NCBI RefSeq assembly: GCF_910592395.1
Contig: NC_088308.1
Location: 806,001-870,000 of the forward strand
DNA length: 64,000 nucleotides
Direction: 5' to 3'
Origin: Lineus longissimus
Taxonomy: Eukaryota
The notes under the pieces: model-generated
What the model saw: the letters and a program-made list of their open reading frames with translations, nothing else
Databases searched by the model: none
Told to the model about the DNA's origin: nothing
Part shown: positions 35,483 through 49,579 of the stretch, in pieces
How positions within the stretch are numbered: the first letter of the stretch is position 1
Layout of the letters: each line of letters begins with the position of its first letter
Position numbers and translations under genes: made by a program

Positions 35483-38298
35483 TGAGTAATTTCATGTTAC
35501 GCTGAATCCTGGCAAGGTAATTTTTAAAGTCAAGGTCAGAGCATGCCGATCTACCGGCGTTGTGCGTCCTGTGAAAAGGAGGAGACTTAAGGATTATGTG
35601 GTTGGAGACTTCTAGCGGGTAATAAGCTTATTTGGTTCAACAATTTTAAAGATTTCGACTTAATGGGTCCTCGCTAAACTTTCAAACCCCACATGGACGT
35701 CAAGGAACTTTTCCAAAACCGATATTTTTTTCCAAAGACCATATTTCATATACCCCAAAGCTAAACCTCGGCTATGGGCACATTGGGTGATATGAATAAA
35801 GACTAGCAAATGCTTTTACTTCAATTTTGTACAGAAAGACCTAGTGTATATGTACATGAAGTTTTAGATAAAAGCATTTGCTAGTCTTTATTCATATCAC
35901 CCAATGTCTACAGCGCCCTTTGCCTATGCATCACAGTGCATTTGCAATGCATTTACTGTGCTTCATTGAGGATTTTGGGGCGGGATGTTGCACTAGTGAC
36001 GGAAGGGCCAATAAGTCCGGCATAGCTGGTAATTGCCAAACTCTGAGGGAAGAAGCTGGAACACGCTTCAACGCTTCTCTTTATTCCCCAGACTGAATTT
36101 GACTGTGCATTTGATGTCGAACACAAAAGAAGAAGAATGAAAATAAGCAGGATATGTCATCTATACTCAATGAAGTGACCCGAATACCAAGTGACTCTAT
36201 GCCACATTATTTGCTAGCGTATCATACGCACCTTGATTTGTTCAGGTATTTATGGCTAAGGAGGCAATGCGATCGTACAATATGAAATCTGATACGAGTA
36301 GTGTATTTTACATCTGTCGCTTGGGACATGTAGAGTCTCTGCTTCTATCTTTCAGGTCATTAGTATCGGGTAGAGAAAATTCCCACAGCAAGCTGAGGAC
36401 ACGCGCCTCCTGGACTCCCAATACTCTATGACGGGCTTACACAGTTACATGTACATGCTTGTACACAATTGAATGCACTTATGCGTGTGTGTACTTGCAT
36501 GTACATGTTTATGTATTTGATTACAACATACCAATAAAGACCATTAAATTGAAAGGATTGTTTAGTGTTCATTATTCGTCGTGCTTAACCTGAATCGAAA
36601 GCATGTTGCAATTACTATCAGAATCCAACTAAATGGAATGCCCTCGAATGCCTGTAGATTCATAAGGTCGGTGAATCTCAACTCTGAAATGTCTTACAGA
36701 AATGTATAGAGGCAATTTTTCCCTCTTTACTTGCACTCAGCATGGGCCAACCCAGCATGGGCTAACCCAGCGCTGTTCATGATCAGGATTTTAGGAAGGG
36801 GGAGTCTGAGCCTCGGTGAGCCGTATAATGAGGCTGGATTTACATTCAATTCACGTTTGATATACGTTTCACATATGCCACCTGTAATTTACTAAGTCAC
36901 CATGTCATGACATGACGAGAGGATGGAAAGTGACAGCATCATGTAGACCTAAGCAGTGACGTGCTCTCCCGTTGATCAAACGGCGAGAGAACCCCGACCT
37001 CCCCTGCATGCCCGCGCATCTATCGGAGGTCGCGACTATCGTCAGGTATGACAGGTAGGCTGGGGGCAATCTCCAGGCTGACATTGAATATATCCTCTGA
37101 TGCAGATACTTTCCTCGGCACTTTGCAGGGCAGCCTGCTCGGTCAGTTAAAGTCCTGCTTTGAATACACAAGAGTAGGTAAGTTCTCGGTCATTCTCTGG
37201 TTGGTTCCCACAACAGGGCACGTCATATTACGGGTCACTCAATTATCGACGAATTGGTCAAATCAGTAGAACGAATATGATAAGACTGAAGGCCAGTCTT
37301 ATCATTCCACAAGTGAGGCGTAGACTTTAAAACTGACCTACCAAGCGAAATCAAGCATTTACGCGGTCGCTACAAGTGCAGAGGGTTAGAAGCGTCGATA
37401 TCCACCACGAAAATGTCAGTTGCGAACGAAGGTAGGTCTGCATCCGCACCCCGAGGGGAGCTCATCTCGCCAAGGGATCTAAATTCATAAAATGAACGTT
37501 TTCTGGCAACTTCCTAAATTTGGCCGACACATAATCAAGTTTCCTCAGCTAACGTAACTCCCCATTCCTCATTCACTACTTTCTTGAACCAGCAGTTTGA
37601 AAACTTCATGTGGCGAGTCGAGCATTCGACAAGAGAAAACTTGATTCTGATTATCCATTCAATGATTCGCCAGATCCTCATTTGAATATTCTTGCATACG
37701 TCATGATTACTTCGTTTCCCTCCGTAAAGGTCTTATTGCTTGGAAAGACCATGGGTGGAATTCACCAAGGCATTTTAACGTGCGTGCAATTAAAGACCGA
37801 TTATCTGATACACGAAGGATAAAACAGTGTAGTATTCTACATCACATTAACCCCCTCTCCCCGCAGTTCCTCATCCGCCGATCATATCAAACTTTGAAGG
37901 TAGTGATAGATTAGAAAAAAACACGATGAAAAAAACCTTTGGGAAGAGCGTCACATCACAGTGAATAAACAGCCCCTACGTCTAACCCACCGACCCATGA
38001 ACTCCCTACAGTGGACGTATATGTTCTCTTGTTTGTTTCTTGCCTCTCATCATTCTCGTTTTGTTTGTTTTTTTAGCGACGGACACGTGCCAATCGTAAA
38101 AAGCGAGGAGCGAGCAAGTGGAATAAAACCACTTATCCAAAAAAGGAGAGTCTTGATTTCCCTGTACCTGAACAGTCACATGATTAAACCCTAATTCAAC
38201 CAAGTTTGTGTTGTTTTTCTTTTTGATATGATGATCGCCACTGGTTGGTGGTATAAAGGAACAAGACATAGACCATCTGATGGACCTCTGTGTCTGTG

Positions 38299-39607
38299 CT
38301 CTCCCCAATGGAGAACCTGGGCGCGGGCTCGTTATCTGGGCAGTAATAAGGACTCAATCTACGAATGATTTCCCTTTAACAATATATTTCAACATCGCTA
38401 TAGGTCGTTACAATCATGTAGTTCGATTGATCGATTGGTACAACTGAAAATACATAACATGAAACACGTCTTACAACATTGTCACTAGTATTCTAAAAAG
38501 AGGGAATAAAACCCTGTAAAATGAACCTTAAAATTAATCAATATTAGTATCTTGACTTCTGAAACAGAATATTTCGATTGTCGGATTATTAACTGGCTTT
38601 CAACGTTGGTAGGCCCGGCGGCCAGTGATCTATTATCGGACACTTATTTGAACATGACGCGTAGCCTAAAATACGCCCCGAAAACGTTATAATAATAGGC
38701 AATTGTTGTCAATCGAAACATATAGCATTGCTAGGGCCTCCTAATATCTCAAGTACAAAGGATTTATATCCTTAATTCGTCTTAGGAAAATGAAACAACT
38801 TGGCGGGACAAACGCAGCCTTCAAACATACTACAATCAAGATGTACCAACCGGGGGAGCTGGCGGTACGTACCCATAAGTCTTTGCGGTAGTCTCGCGCG
38901 TACCGGATATAACCCATCAAGCTTTTCTCCTTCAGAGAAATACTGCGTTGCGCTCAAGTGCCTTATAAAAGGCTGTGAACAAAATTAACGTTCGACCAAT
39001 GAGAAAGCCACATTACCCTGCATACGAGGTTGGACGCGTGATCACTTAGTGACAAGTAAAAATAGAATCAGAGCACATGTTTCTATATGTCAGAATGCTG
39101 CCGTTTGCGCTGTAGTACACGTGTGTTGTCCAAATTTTCGATTTCAAGCAAGTTTAAGGCCAACCTCGTGTCCACCAGACTAATGCGTAATTGGCAGTTG
39201 AGCGCAACGCAGTATTTCTCTGAAGGAGAAAAGCTTGTTAGGTTATATCCGGTACGCGCGAGACTACCGCAAAGACTTATGGGTACGTACCGCCAGCTCC
39301 CCCGGTCTGTACATCTTGATTGTAGTATTACGCGACATGGCTGCTTGGAACTCAAATTTCTCTGAAATTACGCAACACATTTGGGGTTCTTATACATCAT
39401 TTTGATCCTTACATTACGTGTGTCCTTCTCGACCCGCTTATATATGGTTATCACACATTTACACCACCTTATACGGTCAAAAATGCGCCTGTAAATCGGT
39501 TTGCGTCCTGCGTCTGGCAGACGATATTTTCTTCCTCTTGTTGTTGTCGCGGACCAATTCCATACTGGCCGGACGTTTCCCTTACGCCGTTGTCTTCGGA
39601 CACGACA
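38299..39607. mobile_element. 1.3-kb non-coding insertion with 9-bp (or 8-bp) target-site duplication, only in unit 3
   Basis: Empty site CTCTGTGTCTGTGGATGA in all other units; GTGTCTGTG duplicated at 38290-38298 and 39608-39616. Confidence 0.88.
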
Positions 39608-41205
39608 GTGTCTGTGGATGACTTGGAAGCAGTTGGAGTCGCGTCCTATGCCCATCTGACGCCATTCCCCGCTCTTTACATGTGTTTTCCACACTGCGTG
39701 TGTCTCCATTTTTAAGGTCCACACCTGGTCAGCTGATTGAGATGAACTGAACGAACCTGTTCCTATCACTGCTGCTCTGCGGTAGATCTCAGAAAGCCTT
39801 TAAAACATATCGTTACTATCATCGGCTGGTCATACAATCGTTAGACCTACCCCCAATGTGGTCAGTTCGTTCGCTTATAAAACACCCCTGGGGTACTCTA
39901 GCTGTCCACTGTAAGAATTGCATATCATGCATACTTACACGGAATTGACTACGCAGGACAATTCCTGCCAGGAGCTCCGGCGATTATGATTGGGACATCC
40001 ATTTGAATAGCATCTGTTCCCCGGAGTTTACACTTAAGGGCGGGTTTACACAGGATTCACGTTGTCACGTGTCAGGATAGTCACGTGTTACCTGTCACGA
40101 ACATAGTCGTTAATTGACTTAGGCTGAAAACATGTCATAACAGGACCTGGGGAAAAAGTGGCATTGTAAATCATACGTGTGGCCTGCTCTTCAGAAATGA
40201 CTTGTTTGTTAAAATAATATTTACACATTACATGTAATAATCATTTTAACTCTACTCTATGTAAACCCAAAATAATTCTATGTAAACCCATCCTTGATTA
40301 CATTTCTGGTAATAATAGTTACACTTGGATGTTTGTTTAACCAAAAGTGTATTCGGCTTGCTAATCCGCAGTCACCCTGCGTCATACGGCGATCTACATG
40401 TACATGTACAGGCCCGTCGCATCAGCGTTGTTTTTGTATTTTCGCCGTGCTGCGTAGTTACGCACTGGAGCGACAAAATAAACAGAGATTTTGCGTTCGA
40501 GGCTCAAGAACACGTCGTGCCACTTTCTGGACATGCTCGCCAATGGTGTGGAACGGGGTTAAATACAGCCTTCCTGTAACAATAAAAAATATTGTTTACA
40601 CGGCTCGTTCTCAACTCATCACGAAGGACCGAATTAACTTTTTTATGAATGCATATATTTGCACTTGCTCAGACAAAACATCGATTGAGTCCTCCGTCTG
40701 TCAGCTGACCATGTCCAGATTATTTAGACATTCAGTAAAGTTGTTTCTTTTACCGACATGTTAACACCGGTAACCAAGGTAACAACATGGCAGCAGATGA
40801 TTAGTTACGGTGAAAGTAATATTGTTTTAAAGGTGCAATTCTTCATTGAAATTGACGTTTCTGACGGCCGCTGAAATTTTCTGAGTTCAAATGTGAAATG
40901 GCTAAAATGGCATAACATGAAAAGATGCAAGGGTGAAAAGTGACATCGTAAATCCTATGTCGCCCACTATTAAGAATATTCTTAGCTTTACACAGTACAA
41001 AATGCACTCTCTGTTAACTCGACGGAGGATTTCAACAAATACCGGTATTGGGGGAGTGCTGCACCTTTAGTGCAAATATCGTTGAATGACCGCCCATAAA
41101 TATGTCGATATTTGGGCCGATATATGGAAGTTTCAGGCAATAGATTTCATCAGTTGCTGCTACAAAGTTGTCCAGTGTCTGTCTAGTATCTACCAATCAC
41201 CGAAG

Positions 41206-42380
41206 ATGAAGAGTACCCTTGTCATCGTGCTGTTGGCGACTTGCGCCAGTCTCTGGATGGTTCATGCCGGGCCGGTATTTATCGACGATGGATGTATGTA
41301 TACGTATGATTTCAAATCCTTAGTGTTATTTTGGACACCATCACTCCTCCTGATCCCTCCACCGTCAGAGGACAGAAGTCCTCCCGACGATTATCATTTT
41401 CGTTCATTACAGCTTTGAGCTGTATTCGAGATATATGAAGTTTTTCGCTGTTTTCGAAAATTTATGAGGGCTTATTCCATACCAAAATGTTATTTACATG
41501 TTCAACCATTTGGAAGTATCGCCGCGCAGAGAATTGTATACAATTCCCTTGTCTAATCTCATATGCAGCCAACGTGCAAGCAAGAAGTAGTGACCCCGTC
41601 ATTGGGAATTGGAAGAAACCATCAGATACCAATGTGCCCGAACCGTAAGTCACTTTTTTCACATGTTTATTCTGAAAAATCATCCAACACATTTCAAGAC
41701 GGGAGATTCAAAATACGATAATACTTTTGGTCAATCGGAATGACCGGAGATACATGTAAATGTACATAAACCGAAACTTTATGGAGGTGTTCCATCGGCT
41801 TCCCGCCTCGCGTCCGTCACGTTCCTGCATGCTTCCCGTCAAAGCCTCCACGGACGTTTCTCGTTACCGTCTTGTCACGTATAAAACATCGTTATTCCCG
41901 TCACGTTACGCCAACGTGTTGTCATTCTCTTCCGTTTAAAAAACGGTTGATATGAGGTTAATCCCAACCAGGGATGTAGAAAAATTGTTTTATATCTGGT
42001 GTGACATACACAGCGCAATGTGTAAATCCCGTTTGAACCCTATCCGACGCACGGCTATGTCCGCTGGCTAGTATCACTCTAAGCTATCATCATTCGTGGA
42101 GAAGGTTGAAAAGTAGTGCAAATACTAAGGTTGTTTACGCGATATTAGACCCAACCCAACCAAACCAGACCAGATCAAACCAGATCACCTTCGTGCGCGT
42201 TTACACGGCAGAACAATCTAGAACGATCCGAATCGATAGATCGGTTTAGTCCCGCGTAAGCGGGCGGCCCTGTCGAAAAACGCAATTTCTTGTTTTGTCC
42301 AGTTGTTAAAGTCACTTCGTCTTTTTTTCCACAGGAAAACTAAATTTGGTGGGAATCACGCCCAATCAGTTGTATTTTAA
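41206..42380 (+). CDS. Secreted peptide precursor copy 3, 69 aa; exons 41206-41293, 41569-41644, 42335-42380; ends GNWKKPSDTNVPEP-KTKFGGNHAQSVVF
   Basis: Same splice sites; TCA>TAA gives an earlier stop. Confidence 0.75.
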
Positions 42381-43773
42381 AGACCTATGATGAAATAGTG
42401 AGTAATTTCATGTTACGCTGAATCCTGGCAAGGTAATTTTTAAAGTCAAGGTCAGAGCATGCCGATCTACCGGCGTTGTGCGTCCTGTGAAAAGGAGGAG
42501 ACTTAAGGATTATGTGGTTGGAGACTTCTAGCGGGTCATAAGCTTATTTGGTTAAACAATTTTAAAGATTTCGACTTGGGTCCTCGCTAAACTTTCAAAC
42601 CCCACATGGACGTCAAGGAACTTTTCCAAAACCGATATTTTTTTCCACAGACCATATTTCATATACCCCAAAGCTAAACCTCGGCTATGGGCACATTGGG
42701 TGATATGAATAAAGACTAGCAAATGCTTTTACTTCAATTTTGTACAGAAAGACCTAGTGTATATGTACATGAAGTTTTAGATAAAAGCATTTGCTAGTCT
42801 TTATTCATATCACCCAATGTCTACAGCGCCCTTTGCCTATGCATCACAGTGCATTTGCAATGCATTTACTGTGCTTCATTGAGGATTTTGGGGCGGGATG
42901 TTGCACTAGTGACGGAAGGGCCAATAAGTCCGGCATAGCTGGTAATTGCCAAACTCTGAGGGAAGAAGCTGGAACACGCTTCAACGCTTCTCTTTATTCC
43001 CGACTGAATTGGACTGTGCATTTGATGTCGAACACAAAAGAAGAAGAATGAAAATAAGCAGGATATGTCATCTATACTCAATGAAGTGACCCGAATACCA
43101 AGTGACTCTATGCCACATTATTTGCTAGCGTATCATACGCACCTTGATTTGTTCAGGTATTTATGGCTAAGGAGGCAATGCGATCGTACAATATGAAATC
43201 TGATACGAGTAGTGTATTTTACATCTGTCGCTTGGGACATGTAGAGTCTCTGCTTCTATCTTTCAGGTCATGAGTATCGGGTAGAGAAAATTCCCACAGC
43301 AAGCTGAGGACACGCGCCTCCTGGACTCCCAATACTCTATGACGGGCTTACACAGTTACATGTACATGCTTGATCACAATTGAATGCACTTATGCGTGTG
43401 TGTACTTGCATGTACATGTTTATGTATTTGATTACAACATACCAATAAAGACCATTAAATTGAATGGATTGTTTAGTGTTCATTATTCATCGTGCTTAAC
43501 CTGAATCGAAAACATATTGCAATGACTATCAGAATCCAACTAAATGGAATGCCCTCGAATGCCTGTAGATTCATAAGGTCGGTGAATCTCAACTCTGAAA
43601 TGTCTTACAGTAATGTATAGAGGCAATTTTTCCCTCTGTACTTGCACTAAGTGGGTGTCTGAGCCTCGGTGAGCCGTATAATGAGGCTGGATTTACATTC
43701 AATTCACGTTTGATATACGTTTCACATATGCCACCTGTAATTTACTAAGTCACCATGTCATGACATGACGAGA

Positions 43774-44202
43774 CAGGGCCGTATTTAGAGGGGGGCAGGG
43801 GGGGGCAGCTGCCCCCCCTGTGCAATAAATGTTGAAAAAAAAATTTTCAGACAGTAGCCTAATAAAAAGACAAACTAATCTTAGCCATAGCTTTACCAGC
43901 ATGATAGCAGCATATGGATAGCAGATGTTATCAACTCAGGTGCAACCCTTATAATCTGACCAGTCCAGTGCCCTGACCCTAGTCTTCATAAAAGTGCCAA
44001 GTGGTCCTTTTTTAGAGTAAAAATACTATTGATTCACACTTCCAAATGCCAGGAAAATGCCATTTCAGACCTTTTATTTTCAAATTTTTCTGGGGGAGAG
44101 CCCCCAGACCCCCCTTTTCGGATGCGCCTGCGGCGCATGCAGATCGCCTTCGGCGATCTATCCCACTGCCCCCCCTGGACAAAAAAGTTAAATACGGCCC
44201 TG
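43774..44202. mobile_element. 429-bp MITE with perfect 14-bp TIRs CAGGGCCGTATTTA/TAAATACGGCCCTG and 5-bp TSD CGAGA, only in unit 3
   Basis: Empty site ATGACGAGAGGATGG in other units; CGAGA at 43769-43773 and 44203-44207. Confidence 0.92.
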
Positions 44203-44377
44203 CGAGAGGATGGAAAGTGACAGCATCATGTAGACCTAAGCAGTGATGTGCTCTCCCGTTGATCAAACGGCGAGAGAACCCCGACCTCCCCTGCATGCCC
44301 GCGCATCTATCGGAGGTCGCGTCCATCTTCAGGTATGACAGGTAGGCGGGGGGGGGGGCAATCTCCAGGCTGACATT

Positions 44378-46821
44378 TCACTTGAGGCAAGGGTGGTAAA
44401 TTTTCATATCACAGGCATACAACCATTTCAAGCCCGCTTGAAGTCGAGATGGAACCTACCTTTCGATCAGGTAACTTTTGATTGATTTTTCTGAAAGGTT
44501 ACGGTTCTTGAATGCAGATTACGGCTGCGTCGAATCCTTGGATGCTGTAATTCAGATTCCTACCATTGAGGTCTTTTACAAAAGAATTCCATGGTGAGAG
44601 CCCTAATTGAACCAAGCCCTGCACTGCACCATGATTGGATAGGATGGTAAAGTCATCGCCTTACCCACATTATTACATAAACACGAACTAATAACATGGA
44701 TCCATCCATATCGTTTGGCCTTTGGAGTAATTTATTCCAACCGAGGACAAAACGGGTAACCGGAAAAAAGCCGATGATGCTGCTGTCAGATACGTCGGAC
44801 TCCATCACGTCCATTATTGCGCTGGGCACTACACAGATAAGCGAAAGGGATACTGCATATGACGGTAGGTTGGCAGGTCGGTCGGTCGGTCGGTCGGTCG
44901 GTCGGTCGGCGTTTTTCCGGTTACCGACAGAACGGAGGTAAAACTCAGTTGTTGAGCATGAAATGATGTGAAAACCTGTGTCGCGGGATCTTGGGGGTCC
45001 TCTGTCAGGACAATTTCAGGCAATGGACAAAGTAAGAGCCAAACATGCATTTCCTAGCTCCTGAGAATAAGGATCTAGGTTAAAAGGTTGTTAGAATGTA
45101 ATACTTTGTCGCAACCTGCTCTGCTATGTTTAAGATGGGGTGCTCCTACTCAGGCAAATGTTTCCGTCCACGGATAGCTGATGGTGATTAATCATGAACG
45201 TTCCGTCCATGGGCCATCCACGGATAGCTGATGGAGAATCTCCATCAGCTATCCGTGGATGGGCGTCCGTGGATGGAACGTCCATGGGCCATCAGCTATC
45301 CGTGGACGGAAACTTTTGCCTGTATAGTGCTTCCCAAGCCTACGCCCCTATTTGATTAGTTCGTCATCTTAATTGTCCCTCCCGTATCAATTACACTATT
45401 GTAAACGCCTAGGCAGAAGGACTAAATTAACGTTTTTCTATAAATGCAACTCTGCGACAGCTAGTTCCTTCCGCCAGCTGGCAGGCGGGACAATGTTCCT
45501 TTATTGACAATGTTCCTTATATTGACGATTTCATGAAATGAGTTTGTTTGTTTGTTAATAATATGGGACTTCCGTATGCAATTTTCAAACACTTACTGAA
45601 CGAATAAGCCATCGCAGATTTGTTAACAAGGTAGCCACAAGAGAGTAGGTGCATTTGTCAAAAAATAAAACTGATCGAAATTGGAATTTCTGCTGGCTGT
45701 TCGATATCCCATTTCCCTGCTAAGTTCCTATTGGGGTGGCTCGGACACAGCATTCAATACATCTTTGTTAAATATCCTGTGGATTACTTCTGAGTGTCTC
45801 GGGTTACTCTCCACACAGGACGCATCAATATCTTCAATCGGCGGAAATCAAAATTGTAGATTGTAAATAGAAAATTATTCCAACATCTTAACTGCATCTG
45901 AATGTAATATGACCGTTTTTGATCGATGCTTAAGTTATCAGGTTATCAATGGGCATATTAGTTTTCGTTTCGGAATAGGTGTAGCAACAGTGATTTTCCC
46001 ATCACTATCGGTGGCGGCATCAGTGGTACGTACGCCAGCTCTTCCATTGTGTCCAGTGTGGCAGAGCCATCTATCCAAATTGTGTTGTGATCGCTAACCG
46101 GTGAATCAAGACTAGAGCGTTAGAGCGTAACTGTCGCCGACTAGGGTTCCACTGTAAATGTATTGCCTTCATGATGGGTCTTGTATAGTCTTTGAATTGA
46201 ATCCGTGGACACGCTTAAAATGCAATCTATCAGTGTCTAAACAATGGCCATTTGGTCGCTTCTTTAGACCGCCGATTACGCATTAATTTTGACTTTTCTT
46301 TTCTATTCGATTAGCTAAGATCATCCCTCAGCCAGCTGGTGTCTGGATGATAAACGCAGTCTGGAAGGGAAGGACCAATCCGGGCATGGTGGTAATGACG
46401 CCCTCCTCAGTGACGTCACCCTTACAACTGGACCAATGGGCGAGAAAGATACAGCGTACACGTTTCATGACGTGACCCTATTATCCAATGACTGCCCAGG
46501 GATTGATCACAAGAGAGCCCATGACCTAGTAAATTAGATGAAACCATGCTCTGTTACATGTATTATATTCGAACAATATATAAAGATGACTTGTGTCTTT
46601 AAAACGTTTCTTAAAAAGTAACTATTACTATACATGTATCTAAGTCCTGTAGATTCATCTAACACAGAGTATAGGCAGATGCACGTTTTCCAAATTCGTT
46701 GTTTCCTGCATCTGCACATCTTATTGTAAATGTATCTTGTGTACGAATAAATAATGATAATAAATATAGGTTGTTATTTTCGTAAATGCACCAATGAGCG
46801 CGCATTTTGGCTGTTTTTTGA
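44378..46821. other. 2.44-kb unit-3-specific segment replacing 13 bp (GAATATATCCTCT); contains a (GGTC)n tract at ~44876-44908 and a nested palindromic MITE
   Basis: Flanks CTGACATT and GATGCA match the contiguous sequence in other units; no TSD or TIR seen. Confidence 0.8.
45146..45327. mobile_element. 182-bp highly palindromic MITE-like element
   Basis: ~39-bp TIRs CTACTCAGGCAAATGTTTCCGTCCACGGATAGCTGATGG / CCATCAGCTATCCGTGGACGGAAACTTTTGCCTGTATAG plus an internal hairpin of the same motif. Confidence 0.75.
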
Positions 46822-49579
46822 GATGCAAATACTTTCCTCGGCACTTTGCAGGGCAGCCTGCTCGGTCAGTTAAAGTCCTGCTTTGAATACACAAGAGTAG
46901 GTAAGTTCTCGGTCATTCTCTGGTTGGTTCCCACAACAGGGCACGTCATATTACGGGTCACTCAATTATCGACGAATTGGTCAAATCAGTAGAATGAATA
47001 TGATAAGACTGAAGTCCAGTCTTATCATTCCACAAGTGAGGCGTAGACTTTAAAACTGACCTACCAAGCTAAATCAAGCATTTACGCGGTCGCTACAAGT
47101 GCAGAGGGTTAGAAGCGTCGATATCCACCACGAAAATGTCAGTTGCGAACGAAGGTAGGTCTGCATCCGCACCCCGAGGGGAGCTCATCTCGCCGAGGGA
47201 TCTAAATTCATAAAATGAACGTTTTCTGGCAACTTCCTAAATTTGGCCGTCCCATAATCAAGTTTCCTCAGCTAACGTAACTCCCCATTCCTCATTCACT
47301 ACTTTCTTGAACCAGCAGTTTGAAAACTTCATGTGGCGAGTCGAGCATTCGACAAGAGAAAACTTGATTCTGATTATCCATTCAATGATTCGCCAGATCC
47401 TCATTTGAATATTCTTGCATACGTCATGATTACTTCGTTTCCCTCCGTAAAGGTCTTATTGCTTGGAAAGACCATGGGTGGAATTCACCAAGGCATTTTG
47501 ACGTGCGTGCAATTAAAGACCGATTATCAGATACACGAAGGATAAAACAGTGTAGTATTCTACATCACATTAACCCCCTCTCCCCGCAGTTCCTCATCCG
47601 CCGATCATATCATACTTTGAAGGTAGTGATAGATTAGAAAAAAACACGATGAAAAAAACCTTTGGGAAGAGCGTCACATCACAGTGAATAAACAGCCCCT
47701 ACGTCTAACCCACCGACCCATGAACTCCCTACAGTGGACGTATATGTTCTCTTGTTTGTTTCTTGCCTCTCATCATTCTCGTTTTGTTTGTTTTTTTAGC
47801 GACGGACACGTGCCAATCGTAAAAAGCGAGGAGCGAGCAAGTGGAATAAAACCACTTATCCAAAAAAGGAGAGTCTTGATTTCCCTGTACCTGAACAGTC
47901 ACATGATTAAACCCTAATTCAACCAAGTTTGTGTTGTTTTTCTTTTTGATATGATGATCGCCACTGGTTGGTGGTATAAAGGAACAAGACATAGACCATC
48001 TGATGGACCTCTGTGTCTGTGGATGACTTGGAAGCAGTTGGAGTCGCGTCCTATGCCCATCTGACGCCATTCCCCGCTCTTTACAAGTGTTTTCCACACT
48101 GCGTGTGTCTCCATTGTTAAGGTCCACACCTGGTCAGCTGATTGAGATGAACTGAACGAACCTGTTCCTATCACTGCTGCTCTGCGGTAGATCTCAGAAA
48201 GCCTTTAAAACATATCGTTACTATCATCGGCTGGTCATACAATCGTTAGACCTACCCCCAATGTGGTCAGTTCGTTCGCTTATAAAACACCCCTGGGGTA
48301 CTCTAGCCATCCACTGTAAGAATTGCATATCATGCATACTTACACGGAATTGACTAGGACAATTCCTGCCAGGAGCTCCGGCGATTATGATTGGGACATC
48401 CATTTGAATAGCATCTGTTCCCCGGAGTTTACACTTAAGGGCGGGTTTACACAGGATTCACGTTGTCACGTGTCAGGATAGTCACGTGTTACCTGTCACG
48501 AACATAGTCGTTAATTGACTTAGGCTGAAAACATGCCATAACAGGACCTGGGGAAAAAGTGGCATTGTAAATCATACGTGTGGCCTGCTCTTCAGAAATG
48601 ACTTGTTTGTTAAAATAATATTTACACATTACATGTAATAATCATTTTAACTCTACTCTATGTAAACCCAAAATAATTCTATGTAAACCCATCCTTGATT
48701 ACATTTCTGGTAATAATAGTTACACTTGGATGTTTGTTTAACCAAAAGTGCATTCGGCTTGCTAATCCGCAGTCACCCTGCGTCATAATAAAGACGGCGA
48801 TCTACATGTACATGTACAGGCCCGTCGCATCAGCGTTGTTTTTGTATTTTCGCCGTGCTGCGTAGTTACGCACTGGAGCGACAAAATAAACAGAGATTTT
48901 GCGTTCGAGGCTCAAGAACACGTCGTTGCCACGTTCTTGACATGCTCGCCAATGGTGTGGAACGGGGTTAAATACAGCCTTCCTGTAACAATAAAAAATA
49001 TTGTTTACACCGCTCGTTCTCAACTCATCGCAAAGGACCGAATTAACTTTTTGAGTTGAGTCCTCCGTCTGTCAGCTGACCATGTCCAGATTATTTAGAC
49101 ATTCAGTAAAGTTGTTTCTTTTACCGACATGTTAACACCGGTAACCAAGGTAACAACATGGCAGCAGATGATTAGTTACGGTGAAGGTAATATTGTTTTA
49201 AAGGTGCAATTCTTCATTGAAATTGACGTTTCTGACGGCCGCTGAAATTTTCTGAGTTCAAATATGAAATGGCTAAAATGGCATAACATGAAAAGATGCA
49301 AGGGTGAAAAGTGACATCGTAAATCCTATGTCGCCCGCTATTAAGAATATTCTTAGCTTTACACAGTACAAAATGCACTCTCTGTTAACTCGACGGAGGA
49401 TTTCAACAAATACCGGTATTGGGGGAGTGCTGCACCTTTAGTGCAAATACCGTTGAATGACCGCCCATCAATAAGTCGATATTTGGGCCGATATATGGAA
49501 GTTTCAGGCAATAGATTTCATCAGTTGCTGCTACAAAGTTGTCCAGTGTCTGTCTAGTATCTACCAATCACCGACGAAG

